From Gemmatimonadota bacterium (GTDB lineage Bacteria > Gemmatimonadota > Gemmatimonadetes > Gemmatimonadales > GWC2-71-9), in assembly GCA_039591485.1 (NCBI GenBank), contig JBDHDN010000001.1, positions 1 through 62,225 of the forward strand: a stretch of DNA of 62,225 nt, written 5' to 3'. A program made the translations under genes and the position numbers. The notes under the pieces were generated by a model. That model saw only the letters and a program-made list of their open reading frames with translations, was not told the origin of the DNA and did not search any database. This document shows, one piece after another, positions 18,061 through 26,293 of this stretch; position 1 is the first letter of the stretch; each line of letters begins with the position of its first letter.

Positions 18061-19326
18061 ATGTCGCTTCGCGTCGGAACCTTCAACGCGCGCTTCCTCC
18101 CTCACCTGCCGAGCAACACTCGACGGGCTGAGGTGCTCTCCGATCGGATCCACGAGGGCCGCTACGACCTCATCGTACTCACGGAGGTGTTCTCCGCTCG
18201 CGCCCGCCGCGTGCTCGTGGAACGGCTCGCGCACGCCTATCCATGGTGTGTGCGGTACATTGGCAGCCGGTGGATCGTGCGCGAGGACAGTGGTCTCATG
18301 GTTCTGAGCCGCCTGCCATTTGAGACCTTACCGGCGTCGGCAGAGTTCGGGCATCCGCGAATCCGTGCCAGTGGCAGCAGCGCCACCGCGGATCGGCAGC
18401 ACGTGTGGTTCGTGGAGTACGGCGACTGTGCGTCGTCGGACTGTCTGGCCGGCAAGGGGGCCGGGTACGTCCGCGTGCGCTACAATGGGCGTCCCCTCAA
18501 TGTCTTCTTCACCCACATGCAGGCGGCGTACGACTACCACGGCTCTCGGAGACAGGCTCGCACGCGGCAGGTGCGATCGGCCCAGCTGCGCCAGCTCGCC
18601 GGCCTAGTGCGTGCGGCGCTCGGTACGAGCAGGGCCGGTGCGGAACACACACTCATCCTGGGCGATCTGAACGTCGACGGCATACGTAGCAGTACCGGAC
18701 CTGCCGGAGGCAGCGAGTGGACGGAGATGCTCTCGTTGCTGGGCTCCCTCTTCCCCCGCGGGCTCACTGACGTATGGGATCGGCACGCACCGGCCGGCGA
18801 CCCCGGGCACACCTTCCCGGCCTGGGATCCCGACGCGAGGCGGGACTACGTCTTGTTGAGCGCCTCGGACCAAGATCCGGCTCTCGCTGTGCATCACGTC
18901 GCGCTCGACCGGGACCTAGCCAAGCCCTACAATGGCACCGCGCACCTGAGCGATCACCTGGGCATCAGCGTCGATCTCAACCTGCACCAGCCGGGATGTC
19001 ATCCGCTGGACGCACACCGCGTCGAGTGGCCGTCCAACGGAGCGCTACTGCGCGGAGCAATCCGCCATCCTGGCGGACTGCAGTGGTTCGCGCTGAACGG
19101 ACGCGGGACCGTGGACGTCCGACTCGCGATGGACGGCGCATTGCCCAACCGCTTGCTCGCCGTCTACGCAGCCGAGGACATCTCCCGGCCCCTGGTGGCG
19201 GTCTCGGACGGTGCCGGAGACAATGGCACCAGCCGCTACGTGCTTCCCGCTGAGTCGTTCCTGCGAGTGGGGAAACCCAGGTCAGATCTGTCGGGGTCGT
19301 TCTCGCTGCGCCTCGCCCGGGCGTAG
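18061..19326 (+). CDS. Endonuclease/exonuclease/phosphatase (EEP) family hydrolase, sphingomyelinase/nuclease-like, with an extra C-terminal beta-rich domain
   Basis: Track ORF of 421 aa with EEP motifs VGTFNARF, DLIVLTEVF, FFTHMQA, LILGDLNVDG and SDHLGISVDL. No signal peptide is visible. Confidence 0.75.
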   Translation: MSLRVGTFNARFLPHLPSNTRRAEVLSDRIHEGRYDLIVLTEVFSARARRVLVERLAHAYPWCVRYIGSRWIVREDSGLMVLSRLPFETLPASAEFGHPRIRASGSSATADRQHVWFVEYGDCASSDCLAGKGAGYVRVRYNGRPLNVFFTHMQAAYDYHGSRRQARTRQVRSAQLRQLAGLVRAALGTSRAGAEHTLILGDLNVDGIRSSTGPAGGSEWTEMLSLLGSLFPRGLTDVWDRHAPAGDPGHTFPAWDPDARRDYVLLSASDQDPALAVHHVALDRDLAKPYNGTAHLSDHLGISVDLNLHQPGCHPLDAHRVEWPSNGALLRGAIRHPGGLQWFALNGRGTVDVRLAMDGALPNRLLAVYAAEDISRPLVAVSDGAGDNGTSRYVLPAESFLRVGKPRSDLSGSFSLRLARA

Positions 19327-19334
19327 CGACCAGC

Positions 19335-19739
19335 TCAACGCTTCCACAACGCGAGATCGCAGTGCCAGGCCATCCGTGCGAAGTCCCGGTCGGTCGTCAG
19401 CATCGTGAGACCGTGGTGGATGCATAGCTGCGCGAAGAGGGCGTCGATCGTGCCGACTTGTACTCCTTTCCGCCGGCAGCGATTGCGCAGCTCCGCCGCC
19501 GCGACGTGGTCGTTGCGATCGGGCGTGACGAACGGCAATACCGAGAAGCGTCGTACGATTGTGTCGCGCGCCCGTGGGCCAGAGAATCCCTGAAGCAGTT
19601 CCTGCAGCACGAGACCAGTCGTGAATACCGAACCGCCGCCCTCGAGCTGCCCCGCGAGCACTTGGACCTCGGCCGTTCGTCCGGTCTCGTCCCGCCTGAA
19701 GGCGAGCGACCACACGCTCGTGTCCGCAAACAGGTTCAC
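19335..19739 (-). CDS. vapC: PIN-domain toxin VapC (pair 1)
   Basis: Track ORF of 134 aa starting MNLFADTSVW.. with the PIN acidic residues (D6, E, ..TTDRDF). Its ATG overlaps the antitoxin stop as ATGA. Confidence 0.85.
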   Translation of the reverse strand: MNLFADTSVWSLAFRRDETGRTAEVQVLAGQLEGGGSVFTTGLVLQELLQGFSGPRARDTIVRRFSVLPFVTPDRNDHVAAAELRNRCRRKGVQVGTIDALFAQLCIHHGLTMLTTDRDFARMAWHCDLALWKR

Positions 19740-19936
19740 CCGCGGCCACGCTCCGACTTATAGTCGAATTCGGGATCCCACTCGAGGCTACCGAAGAGTT
19801 CCAGCAACTTCCGCTGCTGGCGTCTCGCAATGAACTCCTCGAGCGCCCTCGTCACCGCGGCCCTCTTCGTCTTCTCTCCGCTCACTTTGAACGCGAGCTC
19901 CAGCAGTTCGGGATCGAGCGAAAGGTTGGTAGCCAT
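19736..19936 (-). CDS. vapB: VapB-type antitoxin (pair 1)
   Basis: Start at MATNLSLDPELLELAFKVSGEKTKRAAVTRALEEFI.. with a GGAGG RBS; 66 aa. It overlaps vapC by 4 nt. Confidence 0.75.
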   Translation of the reverse strand: MATNLSLDPELLELAFKVSGEKTKRAAVTRALEEFIARRQQRKLLELFGSLEWDPEFDYKSERGRG

Positions 19937-20172
19937 GTGTAGACCTCCACACACAAAGCTACACACGGATTCGATCACCGGCCAGGCCTAGGATTGTTCT
20001 GCACGGTGATGCGGTCATGTCGCCAACGCACCTCGATCGATTGCGTGGCGTACCTGTTGCTCCCGATGGCAGGCTCAACCGCGAGGGGCCGAGCACGGTC
20101 ATTACGTTGGATTCATCCGATGGATAGCTTCAGGGCCGGCCCGAACGCCGACCACGGGGACGCAGGAGCAGC

Positions 20173-21543
20173 ATGACCGAAGAGCGGCAGCCACGACCGA
20201 TCGTCCATCGCATCTGGCGCTCGATCTTCCGCCGGCCGATCGCCGCACGCACAGACCAGGAGCGCAAGTGGGCGGTGGTCAACAACTTCGTCCTCCACTT
20301 CCGGCCGGTGCGAGTGCCGGCCAAGACGCTGACGTACACACACACGTTCGGACTGGGCGGGATGTCATTGGTGCTCGTGGTGCTGCTCGTTGCCACGGGC
20401 GGACTCATGATGTTTGCCTATGAGCCTGCTCCCGGAGACGCCTATCGCTCCGTGCTCGCGTTGCAGCAGGAGACCCTCTTCGGTGGGTTCGTCCGGAGCA
20501 TCCACCATTGGAGCGCCAACTTCCTGATCGTGACCGTGACGCTCCATCTGCTGCGCGTGTTCTTCACGGGCGGCTTCCACCCGCCGCGGGAGTTCAACTG
20601 GGTGCTCGGCGTCGCGCTGCTGCTGTGCGTGATCGCCTCCAACTTCACCGGATATCTCCTGCCCTGGGACCAGCTGTCGTACTGGGCGATCACGATCTCC
20701 ACGGGCATGCTCACGTACGTGCCGCTGATCGGGGAGTGGCTCCAGCGCACGGTGCGCGGCGGTCCCGAGATCGGGCAGGCCACACTGATCATCTTCTACA
20801 CCCTGCACACCACCGTCGTCCCGGTGTTGATCGTGGTACTGATGGGATTCCACTTCTGGCGCGTGCGGAAGGCCAAGGGGGTCGTCGTGCCGCGCGGCCC
20901 CGGTGAACCGATCGACCCCCAGCCGGAGAAGGTCCTCGGTCTCCCGTATCTCATCCTCCGCGAGTTCGTGGTGGCGCTGAGCCTGATCGGTGTCGTGTTC
21001 CTGTTCTCGGCGGTCGTCGGCGCTCCCCTTGGCGAGGCCGCCAATCCGGGCATGAGCCCGAATCCCGCCAAGGCACCGTGGTACTTCATGGGGATCCAGG
21101 AGCTGCTGCTGCACTTCCATCCGACGTTCGCCGCGGTCCTGCTGCCCCTCGCCGGGCTCCTCGCCCTGCTCGCCGTCCCGTATCTCAGCTACGGCGAGGA
21201 CACGTCGGGCATCTGGTTCGCGTCGTATGGAGGACGCGTCCTTGCCAAACAAGCGGCCGTCGCTGCACTCGTGCTCACGCCAGTGCTGGTGATGCTGGAT
21301 GAATGGGTGGTCGACCTGCCCTCGCTGTTGCCCTGGTTGCCGGCAGCGATTAGCAACGGCGTCATCCCGGTTGCGATTCTTGGCGGGGCACTCTGGATCG
21401 CCACACGGTGGCTGCGAACGAAGCGCGCTGCCACCCGGTACGAAAGGATGCAGACCGCGTTCGTCTTCCTGGGGACTGCCTTCGTGGTTCTGACCGGCAT
21501 TGGTGTGTGGTTTCGAGGCGAGGGGATGGGGTTGGGATGGTGA
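20173..21543 (+). CDS. Cytochrome b (fused b6 plus subunit-IV-like) of a Rieske/cytochrome b complex
   Basis: Track ORF of 456 aa with haem-ligand helices ..FVRSIHHWSANFLIVTVTLHLLRVFFTG.. and ..FYTLHTTVVPVLIVVLMGFHFWRV.., plus the PEWY-region equivalent NPAKAPWYF. An AGGAG RBS is present. Confidence 0.9.
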   Translation: MTEERQPRPIVHRIWRSIFRRPIAARTDQERKWAVVNNFVLHFRPVRVPAKTLTYTHTFGLGGMSLVLVVLLVATGGLMMFAYEPAPGDAYRSVLALQQETLFGGFVRSIHHWSANFLIVTVTLHLLRVFFTGGFHPPREFNWVLGVALLLCVIASNFTGYLLPWDQLSYWAITISTGMLTYVPLIGEWLQRTVRGGPEIGQATLIIFYTLHTTVVPVLIVVLMGFHFWRVRKAKGVVVPRGPGEPIDPQPEKVLGLPYLILREFVVALSLIGVVFLFSAVVGAPLGEAANPGMSPNPAKAPWYFMGIQELLLHFHPTFAAVLLPLAGLLALLAVPYLSYGEDTSGIWFASYGGRVLAKQAAVAALVLTPVLVMLDEWVVDLPSLLPWLPAAISNGVIPVAILGGALWIATRWLRTKRAATRYERMQTAFVFLGTAFVVLTGIGVWFRGEGMGLGW

Positions 21544-21554
21544 GGGCCTGCGGC

Positions 21555-21652
21555 GTGCAAGGTGAAGGGTGCAGGGTGAAGGGTGCAGAATGCAGAATGC
21601 AGAATGCAGATCGGAGATTGCAGATCGCAGAGTGCCGAGTGGAGGGTGGCGG
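21555..21652 (+). repeat. Heptanucleotide tandem array A (14 units, GTGCAGA type)
   Basis: The + strand reads GTGCAAG GTGAAGG GTGCAGG GTGAAGG GTGCAGA ATGCAGA ATGCAGA ATGCAGA TCGGAGA TTGCAGA TCGCAGA GTGCCGA GTGGAGG GTGGCGG. It begins about 11 nt after the cytochrome b stop. Confidence 0.9.
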
Positions 21653-21883
21653 CTTGGGGAGGGCATGGGTGCACCGACGTAACGGGCGGCGGCGTGACCC
21701 GGAGCGCGCGTTGGTGCCCTTCCGTATGCGTCGGCGTTGTGCGGCAGCGTGGCGCGCGGAGGGGGACGTCGCCGCGAGGATGGTAACGGTACTTGTGAGG
21801 CCTTCTTCGCTCGGAGCGCACAACGTACCGCATGTCGCTCCCACCACCGCGAGTGAGCAGACCCAGAGACCGGGACGTGATAC

Positions 21884-22465
21884 GTGAGTCGGAAACGCAA
21901 GGCAGCTAGCAGGAGAACGCGGCAAGCCCCGGTTCCCCCCGTCGAGCCGGATCGGGAGCCGGGTACGCCGGCACCACGGCTTGATCCCGATGCACGAACT
22001 GGCTCTCGCCGTTCGTTCCTCTGGAAGACCTGGCTCGGGCTGGCAGCTGTGGCTGCCGCCGAGGTTGTCTGGGTCGTCGTCAATTTCGCACGGCCCCGAA
22101 GGGCTCAGGCCGACGAGTCACTGATCGTCGTGGCCGGGCCGATCGAGCGGTTTGAACCGGGCACCGTCACCGCATTCCCGCAGGGCAAGTTCTATCTCGT
22201 CCGGCTCGACGATGGCGGCTTCCTCGCAGTGTCCCGCGAGTGCACCCACCTCGGCTGCACCGTCCCGTGGGTCGAGGCCGAGCGGCAGTTCGTGTGCCCC
22301 TGCCACTCGTCGGCCTTCGACATCCGCGGTGACATGGTGAATCCACCGGCGCCGCGCGCGCTCGATCTGTACGAAGTCCGGATCGAGAACCGCGTGGTGA
22401 AGGTCAACACCGCGAACGCCGAGCGCCGTGCGACGTTCGAGCCGGGGCAGGTGATCCGGACGTGA
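21884..22465 (+). CDS. Rieske [2Fe-2S] protein with a Tat-type signal
   Basis: Track ORF of 193 aa with cluster boxes CTHLGC and CPCHSS and the twin-arginine motif SRRSFLW. The GTG start is uncertain because about 40 basic residues precede the Tat motif. Confidence 0.85.
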   Translation: MSRKRKAASRRTRQAPVPPVEPDREPGTPAPRLDPDARTGSRRSFLWKTWLGLAAVAAAEVVWVVVNFARPRRAQADESLIVVAGPIERFEPGTVTAFPQGKFYLVRLDDGGFLAVSRECTHLGCTVPWVEAERQFVCPCHSSAFDIRGDMVNPPAPRALDLYEVRIENRVVKVNTANAERRATFEPGQVIRT

Positions 22466-24843
22466 GCGACCGTCCAGTCCACCCGACCGTGGCTGACAAG
22501 TCGGCGGTGGAATCGGGTGCCGGGCCGGCGGCACCTGGCACGGATGAAGAGCAGGCGCTCACCCACTGGCTCACGCTCGGGGTCGTGGCGACGGCTGCGA
22601 TCGTGCTGTCGTTTCCGCTTTACCTCGTCCGCGATCGTCTCACGACGCCGGCGACCGCCTCGGATGGTACGGCGCCGACCTTCGTCGGCCGCGAGCAGTG
22701 CATCGACTGTCACGAGTCCGCGTACGAGGCGTGGAAGGGGTCGGATCACGACAACGCCATGGACGTCGCGACCGACAGCACCGTGCGTGGAGACTTCGCC
22801 GATACGGAGTTCACCCACGACGGCGTGACAAGCCGGTTTTACCGGCGCGACGGCAAGTTCTTCGTGCTCACAGAAGGTCCGGGCGGCGAGATGGGCGAGT
22901 TCGAGATCACGCACACCTTCGGCTGGGAGCCGCTGCAGCAGTACCTAGTGCCGTTTCCCGGAGGCCGGCTCCAGGCACTCGGCATCGCCTGGGACACCGA
23001 GCGCAACGAGTGGTTCGACCTCTATCCCGATCAGGACATCCCGGCGAGCGACTGGCTGCACTGGACGCGCAACGCGCAGAACTGGAACGGCATGTGCGCG
23101 GAATGCCACTCGACGAACCTGATCAAGGGATACGATCCTCACACGGAGACCTTTTCCACCACGTGGTCTGAGATGGACGTGAGTTGCGAGGCGTGCCACG
23201 GACCGGGATCACGCCACGTCGCGTGGGCGGACATGCCGGAGATGGCCCGACCGGGGATCGAGAACTACGGCCTGCTGATCGGCAGCAGCGACATGTCGGC
23301 GGAGCAGTACGTCGAGCTGTGCGCTCCCTGTCACGCGCGGCGCACGGAGCTCGGCGACTACGACCACACGAGCCCGCATCTCATGGACAACGTGCTCCCC
23401 GCGGTGCTGCGTGAGGGACTGTACCATGCGGACGGTCAGATCCTCGACGAGGTATACGTCTACGGATCGTTCGTGCAGAGCAAGATGTACCGCATGGGTG
23501 TGAAGTGTGCCGACTGTCACGACGCCCACAGCCTGCAGCTGCACGAGGATGGCAATGCGCTTTGTACGCAGTGTCACCGGGCCGACACCTACGACAGTTA
23601 CGACCACCACTTTCATCAGAAGGTTTACCAAGGAGAGCCCAGCGACGGCGCCCTGTGCGTGAAGTGCCATATGATGGAGCAGCCGTACATGGTGATCGAC
23701 TGGCGCGCCGACCACAGTCTCCGACTGCCGCGTCCAGATCTGACCCAAGAGATCGGCGTGCCGAACGCCTGTACCCAAAGCGGTTGCCACGACGACAAGC
23801 CGCTGTCGTGGTCGCTCAGGTCCTACCGCGAGTGGTACGGCACGGCAAAGCGGCCGCATTACGGTCAAGTGTTCGCCGCGGCGCGGGACGGTGCGCCTGC
23901 GGCGAGGGATCAACTGATCAAGATCGCCGGCGATCCGCTCTATACCGCGATCGTGCGTGCCACCGCGCTGACGTTGCTCGAGAGCTACCCGGGCGACACC
24001 ACAACCGAGGCGTTCAATCAGGCACTCGCCGACGAGGATGCGCTCATCCGCTACACTGCGCTCTCGAGCCTGTCCGCGGGCTCCGGCGAGGGCTACGTCG
24101 AGCTGGTCTCCCCGCTGCTGTTCGATCCGGTCAAGGCGGTGCGCATCGAGGCGGCAGCCAGGCTGGCTGGAGCACCCGATGGACTGTTGCAGCCGTACCA
24201 ACGGGACGCGCTCGCGGCAGGCTTGGACGAGTACGAAAGGACGATGGCGTACTCGCTCGACTTCTCCTTCGCCGGGCACAACCTCGGCAACCTGTACGCT
24301 CGGCTTGGCGACGCGACCCGGGCGGAGCGGTACTACCGTTCGGCCGTCGAGGTGGACGACCTGTTCTATCCGGCCAAGGTCAACCTCGCCGTGCTGCTGA
24401 ACTCGCAGCGACGCAACGAGGAAGCCGAGCGCTTGTTACGCGACGTCGTGCGCGACTACCCCGAGCAGTACGACGCGGCGTATTCGCTCGGCCTGTTGCT
24501 CGCGGAGATGAATCGGATCGAGGAGGCCGTCGAGTTCCTCGGTATGGCTTCGACCGGGATGCCGGAGCGTGGGCGGGTGCATTACAACTACGGTCTGGCG
24601 TTGCAGTCGGTCGGACGGATACCCGAGGCGGAGGCCGCGTTGCGGCGAGCGGTCGCGACCGAGCCGCGGAACCCAGACTTTGTGTTCGCGCTCGGCGATC
24701 ATTATTTGCGACGTGGGAATGCGCAGCGCGCGCTCGAGCTGGCGAACCGCCTGCGCGACATCAATCCTGCAAGTCAGACCGCAGCGCAGCTCCGGGCCGC
24801 GGCGCAGGCCGCGCTGGCGAGGGAGCCGGGCGGTAGCGGGTAG
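22462..24843 (+). CDS. Multihaem c-type cytochrome (cytochrome c554-like N-terminal half) fused to HEAT/TPR repeats
   Basis: Track ORF of 793 aa with seven CxxCH motifs (CIDCH, CAECH, CEACH, CAPCH, CADCH, CTQCH, CVKCH) plus a possible CX4CH (CTQSGCH). The C-terminal half has TPR-like repeats. Its GTG start overlaps the Rieske stop as GTGA. Confidence 0.85.
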   Translation: MSDRPVHPTVADKSAVESGAGPAAPGTDEEQALTHWLTLGVVATAAIVLSFPLYLVRDRLTTPATASDGTAPTFVGREQCIDCHESAYEAWKGSDHDNAMDVATDSTVRGDFADTEFTHDGVTSRFYRRDGKFFVLTEGPGGEMGEFEITHTFGWEPLQQYLVPFPGGRLQALGIAWDTERNEWFDLYPDQDIPASDWLHWTRNAQNWNGMCAECHSTNLIKGYDPHTETFSTTWSEMDVSCEACHGPGSRHVAWADMPEMARPGIENYGLLIGSSDMSAEQYVELCAPCHARRTELGDYDHTSPHLMDNVLPAVLREGLYHADGQILDEVYVYGSFVQSKMYRMGVKCADCHDAHSLQLHEDGNALCTQCHRADTYDSYDHHFHQKVYQGEPSDGALCVKCHMMEQPYMVIDWRADHSLRLPRPDLTQEIGVPNACTQSGCHDDKPLSWSLRSYREWYGTAKRPHYGQVFAAARDGAPAARDQLIKIAGDPLYTAIVRATALTLLESYPGDTTTEAFNQALADEDALIRYTALSSLSAGSGEGYVELVSPLLFDPVKAVRIEAAARLAGAPDGLLQPYQRDALAAGLDEYERTMAYSLDFSFAGHNLGNLYARLGDATRAERYYRSAVEVDDLFYPAKVNLAVLLNSQRRNEEAERLLRDVVRDYPEQYDAAYSLGLLLAEMNRIEEAVEFLGMASTGMPERGRVHYNYGLALQSVGRIPEAEAALRRAVATEPRNPDFVFALGDHYLRRGNAQRALELANRLRDINPASQTAAQLRAAAQAALAREPGGSG

Positions 24844-24872
24844 GTATCCCGCAACGGCGTTTCGCCAGCCAA

Positions 24873-25304
24873 CTACGACATCGTGGGATCCATCAGCCGC
24901 AGGCCGGGAAAGAGCAGGAAGTCCCGATCGGTCGTGCACAGCGCGGCACCATGCTCGAGCGCCAGCGCCGCAAAAGCGGCATCCATCACCAGCGGGCCGG
25001 CGACCTGCGCCGTCTGCAGCAGATCCTGCAGAATCACCCAGAACCGCTCGCCGGGATTGAGCAGGCCGACCGCCGGCGCCTCAAGCCACGCAGCAACGAT
25101 CCTCCGCGCCTCGTCCGCTCGTAGCGGGGACTCGAAGACCCTGCTGCTCGTGCTGATGCGGATGAACGCGAGGATCGTGGCCCATGCGAGCCACACGGGT
25201 GTCGGGCCGGTGAACCCCCGTTCGACCCAATCGCGACACCGGTCGTGCTGGGCCGAGCGAGGGTGATACGCGTACAGCAGCACGTTGGCGTCGACCAGAA
25301 TCAT
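24873..25304 (-). CDS. vapC: PIN-domain toxin VapC (pair 2)
   Basis: Track ORF of 143 aa starting MILVDANVLLYAY.. and containing ..CTTDRDF... It overlaps the upstream antitoxin by 4 nt. Confidence 0.85.
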   Translation of the reverse strand: MILVDANVLLYAYHPRSAQHDRCRDWVERGFTGPTPVWLAWATILAFIRISTSSRVFESPLRADEARRIVAAWLEAPAVGLLNPGERFWVILQDLLQTAQVAGPLVMDAAFAALALEHGAALCTTDRDFLLFPGLRLMDPTMS

Positions 25305-25549
25305 CGGTGGTGCGGCCCTTCCACCTGCTCGATCAACTCGGCAATGCTGTCCAGCTGCACTCCCGCCTTGAGGGCTCCGAGGTCCCGCGCCTCGACGCGA
25401 AACGGCTCGCGTCGCTCTGGCACACGCCGTGGTGTCAGGGCCTCACGCAGTAGCTCGTTGACGGTGGCCTTGAGGCTCTTCCCGGTTCGGCGCATCCTCG
25501 CCCGCAGCTTGGCAGCGACGTCATCATCAAGCGTAAGTGTAGTTCTCAT
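25301..25549 (-). CDS. vapB: VapB-type antitoxin (pair 2)
   Basis: Start at MRTTLTLDDDVAAKLRARMRRTGKSLKATVNELLREAL; 82 aa. The 5' extension of the track ORF is unsupported. Confidence 0.7.
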   Translation of the reverse strand: MRTTLTLDDDVAAKLRARMRRTGKSLKATVNELLREALTPRRVPERREPFRVEARDLGALKAGVQLDSIAELIEQVEGPHHR

Positions 25550-25569
25550 AATGGAATACTGAACCATTG

Positions 25570-25581
25570 ACATCATGATGT
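25570..25581 (-). promoter_or_regulatory. 12-bp perfect palindrome ACATCATGATGT upstream of vapB pair 2 (candidate autoregulatory operator)
   Basis: It lies 20 nt upstream of the vapB ATG in an unusually AT-rich spacer. An additional ACATCA half-site lies at about 25600-25605. Confidence 0.35.
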
Positions 25582-25673
25582 GAATGTGAGTACACCATAA
25601 CATCACGCTAGTGCGGCAGTCCTCAGCAGTACCCTCCTCATACGAAAGCACGGAGCGCCCAAGGGCCAAGCAG

Positions 25674-26066
25674 CTATACGACCTCCACCGTTGCCTTGTG
25701 CCCGGGCGCCGCAGCTAAGCGCTGATCACGCGTCACGAGCGGTACCGCCAGCACCTCGGCAAGAGCGACGTACGCCGCGTCGTACGCGGAGAGGTTATGG
25801 CGTAGCTCCCAGACCCTGAACAGGAGCAGATCATGCCGGTAGCGTGTTATCGGGAAGTTCACCATGTCTGTGACCGCTTGCCGTCCGCGCTGTACGGAGA
25901 GCTCCTGAGCCACGGCCAATCGTCGGATGGCGTGCACAGCTTCGATGTCGATGATATGCGGCGCGTGCAGCGATACACGCTCTGCGAGAATCCGCTCCTC
26001 GACACGCAGGCCGACCGTCGTACGGAGCAGTACCTCGAGCACTGCCGAAGCATCGACGACAATCAC
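25674..26066 (-). CDS. vapC: PIN-domain toxin VapC (pair 3)
   Basis: Track ORF of 130 aa starting MIVVDASAVLEVLL.. and containing ..LVTRDQRL... It overlaps the antitoxin by 4 nt. Confidence 0.85.
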   Translation of the reverse strand: MIVVDASAVLEVLLRTTVGLRVEERILAERVSLHAPHIIDIEAVHAIRRLAVAQELSVQRGRQAVTDMVNFPITRYRHDLLLFRVWELRHNLSAYDAAYVALAEVLAVPLVTRDQRLAAAPGHKATVEVV

Positions 26067-26293
26067 CTGCGATCGCGCCCCTCTCGAATCATCTGCGCCG
26101 GTGACACACTCGGCTCGATCGGAGTGCGTGACGCCAGCATCTCCCGGAACTCCGCAACCGACGGTCGCTCGGCCTCCCGCTTCAGCTCCCGGATGAGATA
26201 GTCGGACAGGCTCATCCCCTCAGCCGCTGCCCGCGCCTTGAGCTTGCGGTGCAGCCAATCGGGCACGTTTCGGATCTGGATCATCTTAGACAT
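26063..26293 (-). CDS. Ribbon-helix-helix/FitA-like antitoxin (pair 3)
   Basis: The sequence MSKMIQIRNVPDWLHRKLKARAAAEGMSLSDYLIRELKR is the classic IRNVP..LK.RA pattern. The start is ambiguous (26293 or 26284). Confidence 0.7.
   Translation of the reverse strand: MSKMIQIRNVPDWLHRKLKARAAAEGMSLSDYLIRELKREAERPSVAEFREMLASRTPIEPSVSPAQMIREGRDRR

Noticed and set aside
19988-19997. The 10-mer CCTAGGATTG shared between the vapB-1 upstream region (about 19988) and the DUF3604-3 upstream region (about 60762), in the same orientation relative to the downstream gene
   Set aside because: There are only two copies, and they lie at different distances from the start codons (about 50 versus 33 nt). This is too little evidence to call a promoter or operator motif without a genome-wide count.
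20365-22083. 572-aa minus-strand ORF spanning the cytochrome b gene and heptamer array A
   Set aside because: It is antisense to an unambiguous cytochrome b. The sequence is low-complexity and Arg/His-rich, and it reads through a non-coding repeat.
23209-24279. 356-aa minus-strand ORF and 443-aa plus-strand ORF (23505..24836) inside the multihaem/TPR gene
   Set aside because: Both are alternative frames of a gene whose chosen frame contains seven CxxCH motifs and TPR repeats. Neither product has any motif.
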